A stretch of 64,000 nucleotides of DNA from the NCBI GenBank assembly GCA_963796105.1, contig CAWCKJ010000004.1:768001-832000 (forward strand). The letters run 5' to 3'. A program made the translations under genes and the position numbers. This stretch comes from a candidate division FCPU426 bacterium. Lineage in GTDB: Bacteria; Oederibacteriota; Muellerivitia; Muellerivitales; Muellerivitaceae. The first letter of the stretch is position 1. Each line of letters begins with the position of its first letter. Below, in pieces: positions 37,108 to 46,968 of the stretch. Below the pieces are notes generated by a model, which was not told the DNA's origin, searched no databases, and was given only the letters and a program-made list of their open reading frames with translations.

Positions 37108-40100
37108 ATGAATCTCCCAAAATTGGCAATTGACCGGCCCGTCTTCATGAGCTGCGTGGTCATCATGATCATGGTGCTGGGCATCATGGGCTACCTGTCC
37201 TTGGGCGTGGACCTGTTCCCGGACGTCAGCTTCCCCTTCGTGTTCGTGACGGTCCCCTACCAGGGGGCCTCGCCTGAGGAAATCGAGACGCAAATCTCCA
37301 AGCCCATGGAGGACGAGCTCAGCTCCCTTCAGGGCGTAAAAAAAGTCTCCTCCTCCAATCAGGAGGGGTTCGCCGTCATCTGGGTGCAGTTCACCCTGGA
37401 GACCGACGCCAAGGACGCCGAGCAGCAGGTGCGCGACCGGGTGGCCTTCGTGCGGCCCCAATTGCCCAAAGGCATCGATGAGCCCATCATCCGGCGGTTC
37501 GACCCCACGGACCAAGCGGTGGCCATCCTGAGCCTCCAGGCCCCTGGGCTTTCCCCCGCCGACACCTACGACCTGGCCGACCAGTACATCAAACCCCGCC
37601 TCGCGGAGGTGCCGGGGGTGGGCGTGGTCAACATCGTGGGGGGCCACAAAAGGGAGATTCAGGTCCAGTTGGACCGAGGCCAGCTCAACCGATACCGCCT
37701 CAGCGCGGGCCAGGTGGCGGACAGGATCGGCTTGAACGGCATGAACGTGCCCGTGGGCAAGGTTGACCTGGGGCCCCAGGAGCTTCTTTTCAGGTCCGTC
37801 GGCGAGTACAACGACTTGGAGCGCATCAAGCGGACCCCCGTCAACTTTTTCGGTTCCGACGTGTCGGTAACGGTGGATAAATTGGGCCGGGTGATAGACA
37901 CGGTGGCGGACCCCGACAGCTACAGTTTCCTCAACGGCCAGCCCACCCTGGTCTTGCAAGTTTACAAACAGTCCAAGGCAAATACCGTGGCGGTGGTGGA
38001 CGGGGCCTTGAAGCAGATGGATAAGATCAACAAGTACCTCAAGACGAAATCGGGCTCCCCCGAGCTTTCCGTGATCCAGGAAATGGCGCGACCCGTCCGG
38101 ATGAACCTCACGGACGTCAAGTTCACCATCCTCCAGGGCATCCTCCTGACCATCCTGGTGGTCCTTCTGTTTCTCGGAAGTTTCCGCTCCACCTTGATCA
38201 CCATCACCTCCCTCCCGGTTTCACTATTGGGAGCCTTCTTCCTCATGAACAGCCAGGGTTACACCCTGAATGTCATGACGCTTTTGGCCTTGTCGCTCGC
38301 GGTGGGACTTTTGATCGACGACGCCATCGTGGTCCGGGAAAACATCTGGCGGCACATCGAGGAGGGGATGGAGCCTAAAAAAGCCGCCGTGGACGGGGCG
38401 CTGGAAGTGGCCCTGGCGGTCGTGGCGACCTCCTCGGTCATCATCGCGGTTTTCATGCCGATTGCTTTCCTCCACGGGATCGTGGGGCAATTTTTCCGGG
38501 AATTCGGCTTGACGGTCTGTTTCGCAATGGGCATCTCTCTCTTCGAGGCCATGGTCATGGGGCCCTTGCTCTCGGCCTATTGGGCGAGGAAAACCACCAA
38601 GGACGAGAAGGAATTACCCGTGATTGGCCCCATCCTCAAAGCTTTCAGCCGGTTCCAGGATTTCCTGGAGTCTAAATACGCGGTCCTTATCGATTGGTGC
38701 CTGAGGAACCGCAAAAAAGTGATCGGGACCGCAGTATTTCTTTTCTTTTTCGCCCTGCTGGGTTTGGGCCCCCGCATAAAGTTCACATTCCTGCCAACAG
38801 CTGATGTGGGGGAATTCGTGGTCCTTTTAAAGGGCGCTCCCGGAACCTCCCTGGAGGCGATGAAATCCATGACGGGCGAAGTCTCCGCCGTCATCCAGAA
38901 ACACCCGGAAGTGGTGGTTATGTCCGGATCCATCGGAGGGAGCGACGCCGCTGGCGCGGCCCAGGGCGTGAACAAGGCCCGTATCTATATCCGCCTCAAA
39001 TCCTACAAGGACCGCGATATCACCACGTCCGAAATGATGGCCCAGGTCCGAAAGGAACTGGAGCCCTTCCGGGAGAAACTGAAACCCCAGGTGGCAGAGG
39101 CCAGCGCCTTTGGGGACCAGGCGCCCTTCAACTTGAACCTGGTGGGGGATGATTACTCCACCTTGGTCCCCTTCGCCGAACAAATCGCGGAAAAATTCCG
39201 GGGCTTGAAGGACCTGGCCGACGTCCAATCCACCTATGACGGGGGCAAGCCCGAGTTCCAGGCGGTCTTGGACTCGGAGCGCATGAAGGTCCTCGGGGTC
39301 TCGGGCGTGGAAGCGGGGATGGAACTTCGCACCCAGGTGGAGGGTTTGGTGGCGGCTAAATTGCGCCAGCATGGCCAGGACTATGACATCCGCGTCAGGC
39401 TCCAGGAAAGCCAGAGGAACCTGGAAAAGGAATACGAAAATATCCTGGTCCCCAACCAGAACCACAACATGATCCATTTGTCCGACGTGTCCCGCCCCGT
39501 CACGACCGAGGGACCGGCCCGTATCGACCGGCAGGACCGGGCTCGCTACATCATGGTCTCGGCCCAGATCGCACCGGGAGGCGCCCTGGGTAACGCCATC
39601 GACAAGGCCAAGGCAGCCATGAAGGACATCCAACTGCCCCCCGGCGTGACCTATGAGTTCGTGGGCCAGGCCCAGGACCTCCAGGACCTCGTGGTCAGTA
39701 TGCTGGAGGCCGTGGGCTTGGCGGTTCTTTTCACTTTCATGATCCTCGCCAGCCTTTACGAATCGCCCATCATCCCCTTCACCATCATGCTGGCCATCCC
39801 CCTGGCCATCGTGGGGGCTTTCCTCGCGCTCTTCCTCGGGCAGATGATCGTCCCCACCCTGAGCCTGAATATTTTCAGCATGGTGGCCCTCATCATGCTT
39901 CTGGGACTCGTCACCAAGAATTCCATCCTCCTGGTGGACTATACCCTCCAGATGATGCGAAAGGGCATGCCGCGCGACGAGGCCCTGAAAGCAGCCGGGA
40001 AAGTCCGTTTGCGTCCCATCCTGATGACCACCTTCGCCCTGATCGCCGGCATGCTTCCGGTGGCTTTGGCCCTGACCGAGGTGGGCAAGTTCCGGCAATC

Positions 40101-40254
40101 CATGGGCGTGGCCATCGAGGGCGGCTTGATCAGTTCGCTTCTTTTAACCCTCGTCATCGTGCCTTCGGTCTTCGGCTACGTGGATGATTTCCGCCTGTGG
40201 TTGACCAGGATATTCGAGTCGTTCAACGCGAAGCCCGGACTGGATAAGGACTAA
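37108..40254 (+). CDS. RND efflux permease (AcrB/AcrD/AcrF family), paralogue 1
   Basis: GASPEEIE, GLLIDDAIVVREN, GLVTKNSILL and RLRPILMTT. Confidence 0.96.
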   Translation: MNLPKLAIDRPVFMSCVVIMIMVLGIMGYLSLGVDLFPDVSFPFVFVTVPYQGASPEEIETQISKPMEDELSSLQGVKKVSSSNQEGFAVIWVQFTLETDAKDAEQQVRDRVAFVRPQLPKGIDEPIIRRFDPTDQAVAILSLQAPGLSPADTYDLADQYIKPRLAEVPGVGVVNIVGGHKREIQVQLDRGQLNRYRLSAGQVADRIGLNGMNVPVGKVDLGPQELLFRSVGEYNDLERIKRTPVNFFGSDVSVTVDKLGRVIDTVADPDSYSFLNGQPTLVLQVYKQSKANTVAVVDGALKQMDKINKYLKTKSGSPELSVIQEMARPVRMNLTDVKFTILQGILLTILVVLLFLGSFRSTLITITSLPVSLLGAFFLMNSQGYTLNVMTLLALSLAVGLLIDDAIVVRENIWRHIEEGMEPKKAAVDGALEVALAVVATSSVIIAVFMPIAFLHGIVGQFFREFGLTVCFAMGISLFEAMVMGPLLSAYWARKTTKDEKELPVIGPILKAFSRFQDFLESKYAVLIDWCLRNRKKVIGTAVFLFFFALLGLGPRIKFTFLPTADVGEFVVLLKGAPGTSLEAMKSMTGEVSAVIQKHPEVVVMSGSIGGSDAAGAAQGVNKARIYIRLKSYKDRDITTSEMMAQVRKELEPFREKLKPQVAEASAFGDQAPFNLNLVGDDYSTLVPFAEQIAEKFRGLKDLADVQSTYDGGKPEFQAVLDSERMKVLGVSGVEAGMELRTQVEGLVAAKLRQHGQDYDIRVRLQESQRNLEKEYENILVPNQNHNMIHLSDVSRPVTTEGPARIDRQDRARYIMVSAQIAPGGALGNAIDKAKAAMKDIQLPPGVTYEFVGQAQDLQDLVVSMLEAVGLAVLFTFMILASLYESPIIPFTIMLAIPLAIVGAFLALFLGQMIVPTLSLNIFSMVALIMLLGLVTKNSILLVDYTLQMMRKGMPRDEALKAAGKVRLRPILMTTFALIAGMLPVALALTEVGKFRQSMGVAIEGGLISSLLLTLVIVPSVFGYVDDFRLWLTRIFESFNAKPGLDKD

Positions 40255-40257
40255 ACT

Positions 40258-43200
40258 ATGAATCTTCCAAAATTAGCGGTCGAACGGCCGGTTTTCATGA
40301 GTTGCGTGGTCATCCTCCTCCTGGTGCTGGGTGTCATGGCCTACAGCACCATGGCGGTGGACCTTTTCCCCGATGTCAGCTTCCCCTTCGTCATCGTGAC
40401 CACGCCCTACCAGGGGGCCTCCCCCGAGGAAATCGAGACCCAGGTCTCCAAGCCCATGGAGGACGAGTTCAGCACCATCCAGGGCGTGAAGAAAGTGACC
40501 TCCAACAACCAGGAAGGCTACTCGGTGGTGATGGTCCAGTTCAACATGGACGCTGACGTGAAGGATTCCGAACAGCAGGTGAAGGACCACCTTTCCTTCG
40601 TGAGGACCACCCTGCCTAAGGACATCGACGAGCCGATCGTGCGGCGCCTGGATCCCAGCGCGCTTCCCGTGGCGCAGTTGAGCCTTTCCTCAACCCTTCC
40701 CCCCGCCCAGGCCTACGACTTGGCGGACCAGGTCATCAAGCCCCAATTGGCCCAGGTCGAGGGCGTGGGCGTCATCAATATCCAGGGAGGCCGCAAGCGG
40801 GAAATCCAGGTGCAGTTGGACCGCGGTTTGTTGAACCGTTTCCACATCAGCGCCTCCCAGGTAGCCACCCGCATCGGCATGAACGGCATGAACGTGCCCG
40901 TGGGCAAGGTGCAAGTAGCGGGCAGGGACCTCCTGTTCCGGTCGGTGGGCCAGTACGAGGACCTCGACCGCCTCCGCCAGACATCGGTTAATTTCATGGG
41001 GTCCGACGTTTCCGTGCCAGTGGAGCGCCTGGGCAAGGTGGTGGACACGGTGGAGGACGCTCAGGGTTACAGTTTTATCAACGGACAATCCGCCCTCATC
41101 ATCCAGATCGTGAAACAATCCAAGGCCAACACGGTCGCGGTGGTGGATGCCCTTACCAAGCGCATCTCCAAAATCAACGAGAGCCTCAAGGGCCGCCCCG
41201 GCTCACCGCGTTTGGATATGTTCCAAGACATGGCTTGGTACATCCGCATGAACCTGCAGGACGTCAAGTTCACCATCCTCCAGGGAATCCTTCTCACCAT
41301 CCTGGTGGTTTTCCTGTTCCTGGGAAGCTTCCGTTCGACCCTCATCACCATCACAGCCCTGCCAGTGTCGCTTTTCGGCGCTTTTTTCCTGATGAACGGC
41401 GTGGGTTTTACCTTGAACATGATGACCTTCCTGGCCTTGTCCTTGGCGGTGGGGCTTTTGATCGACGACGCCATCGTGGTGCGGGAAAACATCTGGAGGC
41501 ACATCGAGGAAGGGACGGAACCCAAGAAAGCCGCGGTGGAGGCCGCTTTGGAGGTCGCGCTGGCCGTCGTGGCAACCTCCTCCGTGGTTATCGCGGTTTT
41601 CATGCCCATTTCCTTCCTGAGCGGATTGGTAGGCCAGTTTTTCCGGCAGTTCGGCTTGACGGTTTGTTTCGCCATGAGCATTTCGCTTTTCGAGGCCATG
41701 GTCATGGGTCCCTTGCTTTCGGCTTTCTGGGGAAAGAAAAGGGGGAAAGGTTTCAGCTTGATCGACTATCTGGACCATCTTTTCGCTCCGTTTCTCGCCA
41801 AGTTCGGGCGGTTCCAGGATTTCCTTCAGGAAGTCTACTCGAAGGTGATCGACGCTTGCTTGAAACACCGTTTCCTCGTGATCCTGGGAGCGGTTTTGAT
41901 TTTCCTTTGCAGCCTGGGCCTTCTGCCCCTCATGAAAGTGACCTTCAAACCTTCCGCGGACGTGGGGCAGTTCGCGGTTTACCTGATGGCGGATCCGGCC
42001 ACCTCCCTGGAAACCATGCGGGACAAGACTTTGGAAATCGAAAAGTTGGTCCGCAAACATCCGGAGGTTGCGCTGGTGGCCGACAGCATCGGGGGTTCTA
42101 CCGCCACTGGAGCCGACCAGGGCTCCAACAAGTCGAACCTTTATATCCTGATGAAGCCGGCTGACCAGCGCCATATCGACACCGCCGGATTGAAGGAAAT
42201 CCTCCGCAAGGAATTGGAGCCTTATACCAAGGAATTGAGTCCCCAGGTGGCTGACTATGATCCCATCATGAACCAGGCTCCCTTCACCTTGAACCTGATC
42301 GGGGAGGACTACTCGGTTCTGGCGCCTTATGCTCTTCAAGTCGTGGAAAAGGTCAAGAGCATTCCCGGCCTGGCGGACGTGCAGTCCACCTTCAACGGCG
42401 GTAAGCCGGAGTTCCAGGCCAAACTGGACCCCGTCAAACTGAAAAACCTCGGGGTTTCCGGATTGGAAGCGGGAGGGGAACTCCGAACCCAGGTGGAAGG
42501 GGCCACCCCGGCCAAGTTCCGGCAGGGGGGATTGGATTACTTCATCCGGGTACGGCTCCAGGAGGACCAGAGGAACCTCCAAAAGGAATTCCCGAAGGTT
42601 CTGGTGCCCAACCAAAACGGCAACCTGGTCCGGCTTTCCGACATTGCCGACCCTGTCACCACCGAGGGTCCCTCCGAGATCGACCGTGAGAACCGGGCCC
42701 GGTATATCCAGATTACCGGCCAACTGACTCCGGGCGGAAGCCTGGGCAACGTCCTTCGGGACGGGAAGAAAATCCTGCAGAGCATGCAGATGCCCAAGGG
42801 AGTATCTTACGAGTTCGTGGGCCAAGCCGAAGATTTCCATGACCTGCTGGTCAACATGGCGATTGCCGTGGGACTGGCCATGCTCTTCACCTACATGATT
42901 CTCGCCAGCCTTTACGAGTCCCCCATCTTTCCATTTGCCATCATGCTGCCTATTCCTATGGCCATGATCGGGGCCTTGGCCGCCCTTTACGCGGGGGGCT
43001 TGTTCATTCCCTATGTGAACCTCAGCCTCTTCAGCATGATTGCCATCATTATGCTGATGGGCCTGGTCACGAAAAATTCCATCCTATTGATCGACTACAC
43101 CCTGCAAATGATGCGCAAGGGAATGCCCAGGGACGAGGCCCTCAAGGCAGCTGGCCGGGTGCGGCTCCGTCCCATCCTCATGACCACTTTCGCGCTGATC

Positions 43201-43443
43201 GCGGGCATGCTTCCGGTCGCGATGGCCCTGACCGAGATTGGAAAATTCCGGCAATCGATGGGGATCGCGATGGAAGGGGGCCTCATTAGTTCCTTGGTCT
43301 TGACGCTCATCATCATTCCCTCGAGTTTCGGCTACGTGGACGATTTCCGGTTGTGGATTCGCAGGATTTCAGGGGAGGAGGAGGACGATCTCGCGCCGAA
43401 ACCGGATCATCCAAGCGTAGTTTCAACAGACAAACCAGGATGA
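40258..43443 (+). CDS. RND efflux permease (AcrB/AcrD/AcrF family), paralogue 2
   Basis: Same motifs as paralogue 1, with long near-identical stretches. Confidence 0.96.
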   Translation: MNLPKLAVERPVFMSCVVILLLVLGVMAYSTMAVDLFPDVSFPFVIVTTPYQGASPEEIETQVSKPMEDEFSTIQGVKKVTSNNQEGYSVVMVQFNMDADVKDSEQQVKDHLSFVRTTLPKDIDEPIVRRLDPSALPVAQLSLSSTLPPAQAYDLADQVIKPQLAQVEGVGVINIQGGRKREIQVQLDRGLLNRFHISASQVATRIGMNGMNVPVGKVQVAGRDLLFRSVGQYEDLDRLRQTSVNFMGSDVSVPVERLGKVVDTVEDAQGYSFINGQSALIIQIVKQSKANTVAVVDALTKRISKINESLKGRPGSPRLDMFQDMAWYIRMNLQDVKFTILQGILLTILVVFLFLGSFRSTLITITALPVSLFGAFFLMNGVGFTLNMMTFLALSLAVGLLIDDAIVVRENIWRHIEEGTEPKKAAVEAALEVALAVVATSSVVIAVFMPISFLSGLVGQFFRQFGLTVCFAMSISLFEAMVMGPLLSAFWGKKRGKGFSLIDYLDHLFAPFLAKFGRFQDFLQEVYSKVIDACLKHRFLVILGAVLIFLCSLGLLPLMKVTFKPSADVGQFAVYLMADPATSLETMRDKTLEIEKLVRKHPEVALVADSIGGSTATGADQGSNKSNLYILMKPADQRHIDTAGLKEILRKELEPYTKELSPQVADYDPIMNQAPFTLNLIGEDYSVLAPYALQVVEKVKSIPGLADVQSTFNGGKPEFQAKLDPVKLKNLGVSGLEAGGELRTQVEGATPAKFRQGGLDYFIRVRLQEDQRNLQKEFPKVLVPNQNGNLVRLSDIADPVTTEGPSEIDRENRARYIQITGQLTPGGSLGNVLRDGKKILQSMQMPKGVSYEFVGQAEDFHDLLVNMAIAVGLAMLFTYMILASLYESPIFPFAIMLPIPMAMIGALAALYAGGLFIPYVNLSLFSMIAIIMLMGLVTKNSILLIDYTLQMMRKGMPRDEALKAAGRVRLRPILMTTFALIAGMLPVAMALTEIGKFRQSMGIAMEGGLISSLVLTLIIIPSSFGYVDDFRLWIRRISGEEEDDLAPKPDHPSVVSTDKPG

Positions 43444-43599
43444 GGCGGGAAAAGGCCAACATGAACTCTGGGAGCTTTACTTTTCAAATGACGGTTTTAT
43501 GGAAGAATGGACTACTACATAACTATAATATGAGGTGTTATTTATTACGCATTCCGAATTTCCCGGAAAATATTAAATATTTACGAATGAGGCTTTTAA

Positions 43600-44622
43600 A
43601 TGGTCGCTAGAACCAATACCTACCATTCAACACCGAGGTTCGAATTCCCCTCCCGCTCCGGTTTTTATCCCTCTGAATGGCTGGCGATCTTCATTTTATT
43701 GGGGTTATCCTTTATCGCCCTGGCTGTTTATCCCACCAGTCAGGCCGGAACAACCAAGACCCTCCTCATTTCTTTGTTCCACCTTTCCCTCTGGTCCATT
43801 TGGCTCGCCTTCACCTTCTCCCGATGGGGGAAAAAACCTTTCTTCCATTTCTTCCGGGGTTTTGGGCCCTGGGTGGCCGTTGCCCTCTGTTATGGCCTGA
43901 TGAGGTACCTGGTTCCCTTGGTCCATTCCTCCCATTTCGACTTGGCTTTCCGGGATTGTGAACAATGGATCTGGGGTTTGGACGCTTCCCGCCTCTGCGC
44001 GAATTTGGCGAGCCCCTCCTGGACTGGTTTTTTCTGCCTTTTATACTTGGGTGTTTTTCCCTGGCTCGCCTTGTTCTTCCTTTATTACCGGTTGCGTCAC
44101 GTTGAATTGTTCGAACGTGTCATGATCGGACTCCTGTTGATTTACATGGGCGGATTCCTGGGCTATATGGCTTTCCCGGCTGAGGGGCCCCGCTACGCCT
44201 TTCCGGGGGATTGGAACTGGCTGGGAACAGGCCGGATTCCCGCCCTGACCAACGGGGTGGTGGGCCACATGGGGTCCCACTTGGATGTCTTCCCGAGCCT
44301 GCATGCGGCTTTTGTGGTTTATCTGCTTCTCTGGCAGGCCGAATCCCATAAAAAAACCCTGTTTTGGGCGGCTCCCCTGGCGGTGGGAGTTTGGATTTCA
44401 ACGATTTATTTGGGTTTCCACTATTTCCCTGATTTCATCGGGGGTTGGGCCTTGGGAGTCCTGGCCTTTATCACAGCCCCTTGGTTCGAGGGAAAATTGG
44501 AAAGTTTGAACAAATGGGTCTTCGATTCGTTGAGGGAGGCCTATAAAAACCGCCCGGGTGAAGTCGCCCCCGAAGCCATGGAAAACTCCAGCCTGGACCG
44601 GCCTTTGGACGCGGAAGGTTAA
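43600..44622 (+). CDS. PAP2-superfamily membrane phosphoesterase / IPC-synthase-like protein
   Basis: FPAEGPR, FPSLHAA and STIYLGFHYFPD motifs; multiple TM segments. Confidence 0.85.
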   Translation: MVARTNTYHSTPRFEFPSRSGFYPSEWLAIFILLGLSFIALAVYPTSQAGTTKTLLISLFHLSLWSIWLAFTFSRWGKKPFFHFFRGFGPWVAVALCYGLMRYLVPLVHSSHFDLAFRDCEQWIWGLDASRLCANLASPSWTGFFCLLYLGVFPWLALFFLYYRLRHVELFERVMIGLLLIYMGGFLGYMAFPAEGPRYAFPGDWNWLGTGRIPALTNGVVGHMGSHLDVFPSLHAAFVVYLLLWQAESHKKTLFWAAPLAVGVWISTIYLGFHYFPDFIGGWALGVLAFITAPWFEGKLESLNKWVFDSLREAYKNRPGEVAPEAMENSSLDRPLDAEG

Positions 44623-44629
44623 GATTCCG

Positions 44630-46888
44630 TTATTCCAGCGGGACACCCGGCACGAGCCCCTTTTGCGCCTTCCGGTACTCCTCCAATGGGATTTCGAAAA
44701 TATTCAGGAACTTCTCGTTCCAAAGATTCCTCGTCTGGGTCCAAACCGCGTTCGGGTAGCATTTCATCACCACTTCCGGCCTCCAGATTTGCCTTACATC
44801 CTGGCAAATCAGGACCACATCCCTTGAGGCGGGATTGCGCAGGGGAAATTCCTGCTGATCCGGCAGGACCGTGAACTTCATTTCCATTCCATAATGACTC
44901 AAGAATCTCAGGACGGGAGAATCGGTATCGCCAGGCACCACCACCTGGCACCTGGGATAATAACTTTTCACGGTCTTGGAAATATCCAGGTGGATACCCC
45001 AGACGCTCCAGGTCTCATGACAATGCGGGAAACTGTAGAAGCAAATCACCGCGTTGAAACAAGTGGAGAAGATTAAACCCAAAGCCAAGATTGTGTTGCG
45101 CCAGCGTTCCAGGCGTGGGCGCAATCCCGCGAATACTTGCTCCGCGGCCACCAGCCCCCTGGCCACCGCCAGGAACGCGAAAGGCAGGCAGAGAAAATGC
45201 CGGATGGAGTAAAGATAATTGGGGGTCGGATCCTGATCCGAGCAGGCGTAGGCGTTGGCCAAGAGGCTGAAAAACAATCCCGAGATCCAGTACCAGTTGA
45301 AACGGCCGCGCCATCCACCTGAGACGATCGACGTGAATCCGATCAGGAATAGGACACCCGCGAAGGGATCCAGGTGGGGATTGTGGGGCTGGTTGAAGCA
45401 GTCGTCGCTGTCGTAGTTGGGCCAGAAGATGGCGAGAAAGGTGTAGCCGAGCCTGGCTAAAACAAGAAGAGCCCGCCCCACTTTTCCCGGGCCATTCATG
45501 ATGTTCAACTCCTGGAGGTGGCTGAAAAACATTCCGGGCTCAAGGTAAGCCCTGTGGAGAAAGGGCCCAGCCATCCAAAGGAAACCCAGCAATGCCAGGG
45601 CTCCCGTCCAAAAATGTTTTTGGAGTTTTCCCTTTTCCCCGGTAAAAAGCGCGCAACCCGCCAAGGCCCCTCCCGCCATGAGCGGAACCATCCTCCCGGG
45701 GAAATAAGACATGAAGCACACGGCGCTGAAAATTCCAGCCCAGATGAAACGGCCTGGCCGTCCTTCCCGGAAACCTTTCTCCAGGAAATAAAAGGCGCAC
45801 AGCTCAATGAAAACAATAAACGTATTCAGCCAAATGTCGAAACTCCAGAACAGGTGCCACCAGCTGATGGAGAAAAGGAAGGCCGTAGCCAGGGAGACAG
45901 CCTGGCTGAAGAAGAGCCGGCATAGCCGGAAAAATACGTAAACTGACAGCACGGCGAATAGGCAGGGCATGATCCGACCCGTGTCCAATCCCGGCCCGAA
46001 AACCTTGAATGCCGCGGCGGTAAAATAATGCCCCAGGGCGCACCAGGGGCCCCACACGATATCGTAGGGGTTGTGATTCTCCCCCTTCCAAATGCTGATT
46101 CCCGCGGAAAGTTGGGCCGCCTCGTCATGGTTGAAACCGAGGAAATTCCGGTGAAGGAATGGAAAGCGGATCAGGACGCTGACGGTAAGAACTAGTCCCA
46201 GCAGGATCTTCTCCCTGGGTCCGGATTCAAGCGCGGGGGGCTGGAATTTACTCCCCCTCACTTTCAAGTAAATCCAAGCCGCCAGGGCCGCCGCCCAAAC
46301 CAAAAGGGCGATGATGAGAAGGTTGAGCCAGAATAGAACGAAGGATAAAACCAGCAGTCCCAAAAAGAGGGAGCCTTCCCGGGCCCAAGAGATAATCCCC
46401 TCTTTTATCCGGTACATTTTTCCCGTTTGCTCGGTGATTTGAGGTTGAAGAGGTTTGGAAGTCTTGGCCGGGCCTAGTTTCAAGGGGAGACTCGCCGCCG
46501 GTTGCGGGCTTTGGGGACTTTTTATGAATCCGGAAGCGTTTTCCAAAAAAGGCTCCAGGGGCGGAACCGCCTTGAAAAGCAGGCCCAGGGATAGGGCTTG
46601 AAGGACGCTTCCCCAAAGCCATTGGGCCTCATACACGAAATGACTGGTTCCGTACCATCCGCAAACAACGGACGCGGCAAGGAAAAGCCAGTTGGTCTTG
46701 GGAGATACCCCCGATATAGGTGGGTACGGAGAAACCGGGGCGGGCATTTTTGAGAAGTGGAAAGCCAGCCAGATGCAAAGCGCGGTAGGCAGCAGAAGCA
46801 GCCTGTCGAAAAAGAAATAAGCCGCCAAGGCGCTGAATAAAAGCCTGAATAAAAAAGCCAAAGGTCCTCCATCCCCTGGATTGGTCAA
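44630..46888 (-). CDS. GT-C (ArnT/PMT, GT39/GT83-like) glycosyltransferase
   Basis: Polytopic; RF...GFNHDE loop, FG....TGR and YFPGR motifs. Confidence 0.75.
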   Translation of the reverse strand: MTNPGDGGPLAFLFRLLFSALAAYFFFDRLLLLPTALCIWLAFHFSKMPAPVSPYPPISGVSPKTNWLFLAASVVCGWYGTSHFVYEAQWLWGSVLQALSLGLLFKAVPPLEPFLENASGFIKSPQSPQPAASLPLKLGPAKTSKPLQPQITEQTGKMYRIKEGIISWAREGSLFLGLLVLSFVLFWLNLLIIALLVWAAALAAWIYLKVRGSKFQPPALESGPREKILLGLVLTVSVLIRFPFLHRNFLGFNHDEAAQLSAGISIWKGENHNPYDIVWGPWCALGHYFTAAAFKVFGPGLDTGRIMPCLFAVLSVYVFFRLCRLFFSQAVSLATAFLFSISWWHLFWSFDIWLNTFIVFIELCAFYFLEKGFREGRPGRFIWAGIFSAVCFMSYFPGRMVPLMAGGALAGCALFTGEKGKLQKHFWTGALALLGFLWMAGPFLHRAYLEPGMFFSHLQELNIMNGPGKVGRALLVLARLGYTFLAIFWPNYDSDDCFNQPHNPHLDPFAGVLFLIGFTSIVSGGWRGRFNWYWISGLFFSLLANAYACSDQDPTPNYLYSIRHFLCLPFAFLAVARGLVAAEQVFAGLRPRLERWRNTILALGLIFSTCFNAVICFYSFPHCHETWSVWGIHLDISKTVKSYYPRCQVVVPGDTDSPVLRFLSHYGMEMKFTVLPDQQEFPLRNPASRDVVLICQDVRQIWRPEVVMKCYPNAVWTQTRNLWNEKFLNIFEIPLEEYRKAQKGLVPGVPLE

Positions 46889-46968
46889 TCAAAAACCCGC
46901 GGAGAAAAAATCATCCAATGTATTTTAAGGAAAATGAACCTAAACGGATAGGAAGTCCCAACCGGGCC

